NCBI GenBank assembly: GCA_051362555.1
Contig: CM120646.1
Span: 14,818,001 to 14,882,000 of the forward strand
Direction: 5' to 3'
Length of the DNA: 64,000 nucleotides
Origin: Lingula anatina
Taxonomy: Eukaryota; Animalia; Brachiopoda
Positions 60,350 through 64,000 of the stretch are shown here, piece after piece (the first letter of the stretch is position 1; every line of letters begins with the position of its first letter). The translations under genes were made by a program, and so were the position numbers. Under the pieces are notes generated by a model. That model did not search any database. It saw only the letters and a program-made list of their open reading frames with translations, and had not been told where the DNA came from.

Positions 60350-61854
60350 GGTTATTATTGAGCCCTGTAGCCAACAATTTCAGGGGTGTGTGTGTTTTTT
60401 TATGAAAAAGTGAACCTTGTGACATCCATTGTTGAGCCAACATGAAAAATGCCATAGCACCCTTATAAATTTTTTTTATTTATTTTGAATGGAAATTTTC
60501 TTACCATTAGATCACGCCCCCCCCCCTCCCCCTGCCTATGGGTCGTTTTATCTTACACACCAGAGACATCTGGTGACAGTGTGCATAATAATTATTTAAT
60601 TCTGATAATTGTACTAGTGCAGTAATCAAGTAATACCAAGTAACACTGAATGTGAAAACCTTTAAGAGCAGTGAAATCAAATGATTACCAATTTCCATGG
60701 ATTAGCTCAGAAACTTCACAAGTGCAAGCTAGGATGAGTGAGTGATTTCTCAGGGTGTCGCGAAATGAAAGTTAATTTATCAACCTACTAGGTTGTGTTA
60801 AAGTTCTCGTGTGGTTAGTAGTTTCTTGAAAAAAAAACCCTTTCTATTGCACTCGTAGAGAGGACATTTATTATATTTATTTATTTTTATAGAGGATATT
60901 AAATGGACACTGGATCTGAAAACTGAGAGGGACAAGTTTCATATATTTCTAAATACTATTTGAAATGAGAACTAAAACCATTTATCGGCATTTTGTTTGC
61001 AATGTGTGGTAGTAAATTTGATTACTTTCAAATTATTAAAAGTATTACAGTATCTATTTTCCTTAATTTTACTTAATGATAAGAAAAATATAAGGTTTCA
61101 AAACAAACCAAACCCATGCATGTTTATAATCTGATGTCCATATCATGATATATGCGATATTGCTACCTCCTGCAGGCTTACGAATTAATTCAAATGTCGG
61201 AAATTTCATCTTGGCAAAATCGTAGAGGTTATGGCGGCCGTGAATCCTGCCTCCCACGAAAAGGAAGATACGGGTACTGCGTGGACATCCCATGGTAAAT
61301 GTTACTTAGGTTTGCGTTTAAAATTCTGCTAAATTTTGTTTTTGGTCGGGAATTGTGCGTACAATTTTCGAAGGACTGTGCAGTGTTTGTAAAAAAGACA
61401 AAATGTCAATTGCATCTTTTGATTCAACGTTATTTCGACTTGTAAGTTCAACCCCCTTGATGAAAACCCATATAATTAGACTAATATACTCTATATGGCG
61501 GCAACAACGCAAGAAAACGTACTTTGGTTACTGTACATGTATAGCCATAAACGTATGATGCTTAAAATAGTTTATCTGGAAATAGTTTTTTATGGCCTGC
61601 GCAAATATGCAATTTTTTTGGTATAATTTTCAAATGCATTGTTTGCAGTCACGTAGGTGATGATTAATGCATTTCTATCTCTACAATCACCAATGTATTA
61701 GAATTTACTATGTACATCGGCAGGCGTAGAATTAAGTACTCTGTCACTCGGCACTAGTTATGGGCCAGAGCGTGACGATCATTGCTAGATAAAAAAGTTT
61801 GCGTTATAATTAAAGACATCGACAGATAGATAGTGACAGGTTCTTCATCACTCG

Positions 61855-62720
61855 GACCAAGTCCGGTATAGCAGGAGTGCACATCCTGGAAAGGGAGTGC
61901 TAGGGCATGCATTGCTGGGAATGGAAGTCCTTGGGCATATATCGTGCCCGATTTGAAAATTACAGACTACAAATATGTTGACGATACTACGGTGTTTGAA
62001 ATTTACAAACACAATGGTTGAAATCGTGCAGAGGACACAAAATAACAACATGAAACTGAATGCCACAAAAAACCAAGAGCTTGACCATAAATTTTACACA
62101 TTGTATGCCAGACCTTCCGCCAAAAGTTATAAATGATACTCCAATCTGTGTGATAACTGATTTCAAACTTCAGGGCATCCATATTTTATTACCTACAATG
62201 GGGTTCTCATGTGGATCATGTACATATAAAAGTATGTGCAAGACTATTTTCTCCGTCAACTGAAGCGACCTATAAATATAAGATCAGCCCTGCGGACTTA
62301 ATCCTATTTTACCGAAGTATTGTGCCTGCGTAGTACCCTCTACCACTTAGAACTCTAAGACTTAGAACCAAAATGACCATCTATCTATCTAGAGACATAT
62401 CTGTGAATATCTGTAAAAAATCTATCAGACAGTCGCCCTGGTAGAGGGTACCTGCTCAGTATGGCACGCTGGACTAACTGGAGAGAAATGCAAACTGCTC
62501 AAAGAGGGCACCTCAGGAACATTTTCCCATTACAAGATAGAAATATCCGTCCAAGCAGAGCACCTGTATGTCATATTACTTGCAGAACCAACCATTTAGG
62601 GTCTGAGCAGTTACCGCGAACATCAAGATTGCCATATTTTAAGTCTATAGACAATATATGGGTAGCCAGTACTTGCCAAATCAACGGTCTACTGTTCCTA
62701 CAACAAATCTGAACCAAATT
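61855..62720 (+). pseudogene. Decayed non-LTR retrotransposon reverse-transcriptase fragment (CR1/L2-group-like)
   Basis: Frameshifted remnants YKYVDDTTVFE (~61968-62000), NNMKLNATKTK, FKL, FLRQLKR and DLILFYRSIV occur in the order expected for RT and the thumb region. Confidence 0.8.
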
Positions 62721-63527
62721 GGACAAGCTCTGATCGATGCCTGGAATATTGTTCCAGTTAAACAAGGAATCTGTCAGAAGGAATACCTTGTCGCTTTAGA
62801 GCCCTAGTAGCCCTATATGAGGCCAGACGCACCACTGACCACTGCTGTGACTAGACACTTATAAGAGCGTTTTTTGACATCACAATTACACTGAAAAGTT
62901 TATTAAAAGTTATTTAATCAAGATTTAAATTTTTGTTGTCACTAATGAGTCGGAAAAGTAGGAAAAACAAAGAAAAATGATTTGGAAAAAATATTCCATA
63001 TTAAACGTCGTCTGTATGTGGATAAATTGCTTTGAATCGTCATAACATTTTGTAATATAACCAACTTACACATCTTTATCAACTGTTTTGAAGTAAAAAG
63101 TGCACCAAAAGACATAGTGTTATCATGAATGACAGTAATAATAACCGTGCTATGAAATTGTCTTATCGCTATGTTTCCCTCTGCCGACAAGTGCAGCGCA
63201 CGCCGTGAGTAGGGCCGGACTCATTCTCATGTGACTTTCATCCGAGTATGTATATAGTGTGTAAACGCAGTCTGTTGCCCGGCAGCAGGTATTTCTTAAC
63301 GTCGTGCCCCTTGTTTACGTGCCTGCCATTGGTCTAAATAGGCTACGGAGGTTCTTCAACAGAAATACCTGTGTGGTTATATAAGATACAGATTACGATA
63401 CGGAGGTCACATTCCTTCCGATTGTGAGTGACGGCGCGAGTGTTGTGAAATTCATTGGCAACTCGCGCTTGAAATCGACGCTTTTAAAACATCTGCAAGA
63501 TTTTTTTTTCTCTGAAGTAATTAAGAC

Positions 63528-63785
63528 ATGTTAACCTGTACGGTTACCGTGGCCGCTCTGCTGTTGGCAGCCGCAGTTTCTGCAGACAGCCATGACTTCA
63601 CCCACCATGCATCTCTCAAAGACGACGACTACTTCATTCATTGGAAGTTTGATGACACTTCTATCACGTTCAACGTGACGGCTCGCACTACGGGCTATGT
63701 GGCCCTGGGGTTCTCTCCCTCGGGAGGAATGAAAGGGGCAGACATCATCATTGGATGGGTGAAAGATGGAAAAGTCACGATAGAG
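63528..63785 (+). CDS. First exon of a secreted DOMON-domain protein (DBH-like monooxygenase / MOXD1-type); continues beyond the window
   Basis: Signal peptide, then YFIHWKFDDTSITFNVTARTTGYVALGFSPSGGMKGADIIIGWV; donor gtaag at 63786. Confidence 0.85.
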
Positions 63786-64000
63786 GTAAGATAATTCTAC
63801 GTTTATTCAGAACAGAAAAGCGATAATTTTATTAAATTTCCAAATTGGGTATTTCGGAAGCTTCGTCTACCCAGTGAAGGCGTCTGAATAACATCATGAA
63901 GTAGTAATCGTTCCCCATTAGCTCTGTGGCAGCTGAAGGAAAAACAATGCCTGGAAGTGTTTATAAATTGTGCACAATTTTAACTGACATGAGATCTGCA

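Overview
AT-rich, intron-containing animal genomic DNA, not prokaryotic. The gene content (AA15 LPMO, bacterial-type WS/DGAT, PxF[IL]amide precursor) suggests a marine lophotrochozoan such as a mollusc; that is an inference. Exons were assembled by hand from GT-AG sites and reading frame. In order: 3' end of an AGAP/centaurin-gamma gene (+), GATAD1 (-), WS/DGAT acyltransferase (+), a multi-copy amidated neuropeptide precursor (-), an AA15 lytic polysaccharide monooxygenase with three Cys-rich C-terminal modules (-), a second single-peptide neuropeptide-like precursor (-), CCDC153/DRC12 (+), ETFB (-), PTPMT1 (+) and the first exon of a DOMON/DBH-like monooxygenase (+). Repeats include a ~145-bp satellite array ending near a Helitron-like terminus, several MITE-like elements, a hAT-like element with a 5-bp TSD, a 1.9-kb long-TIR element between the ETFB and PTPMT1 starts, a tRNA-derived SINE and a decayed LINE. 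The best candidates for novelty are the two neuropeptide precursors, especially the one encoding long helical KPxF[IL]amide peptides, and the modular LPMO. No database search was possible, so novelty is unverified.
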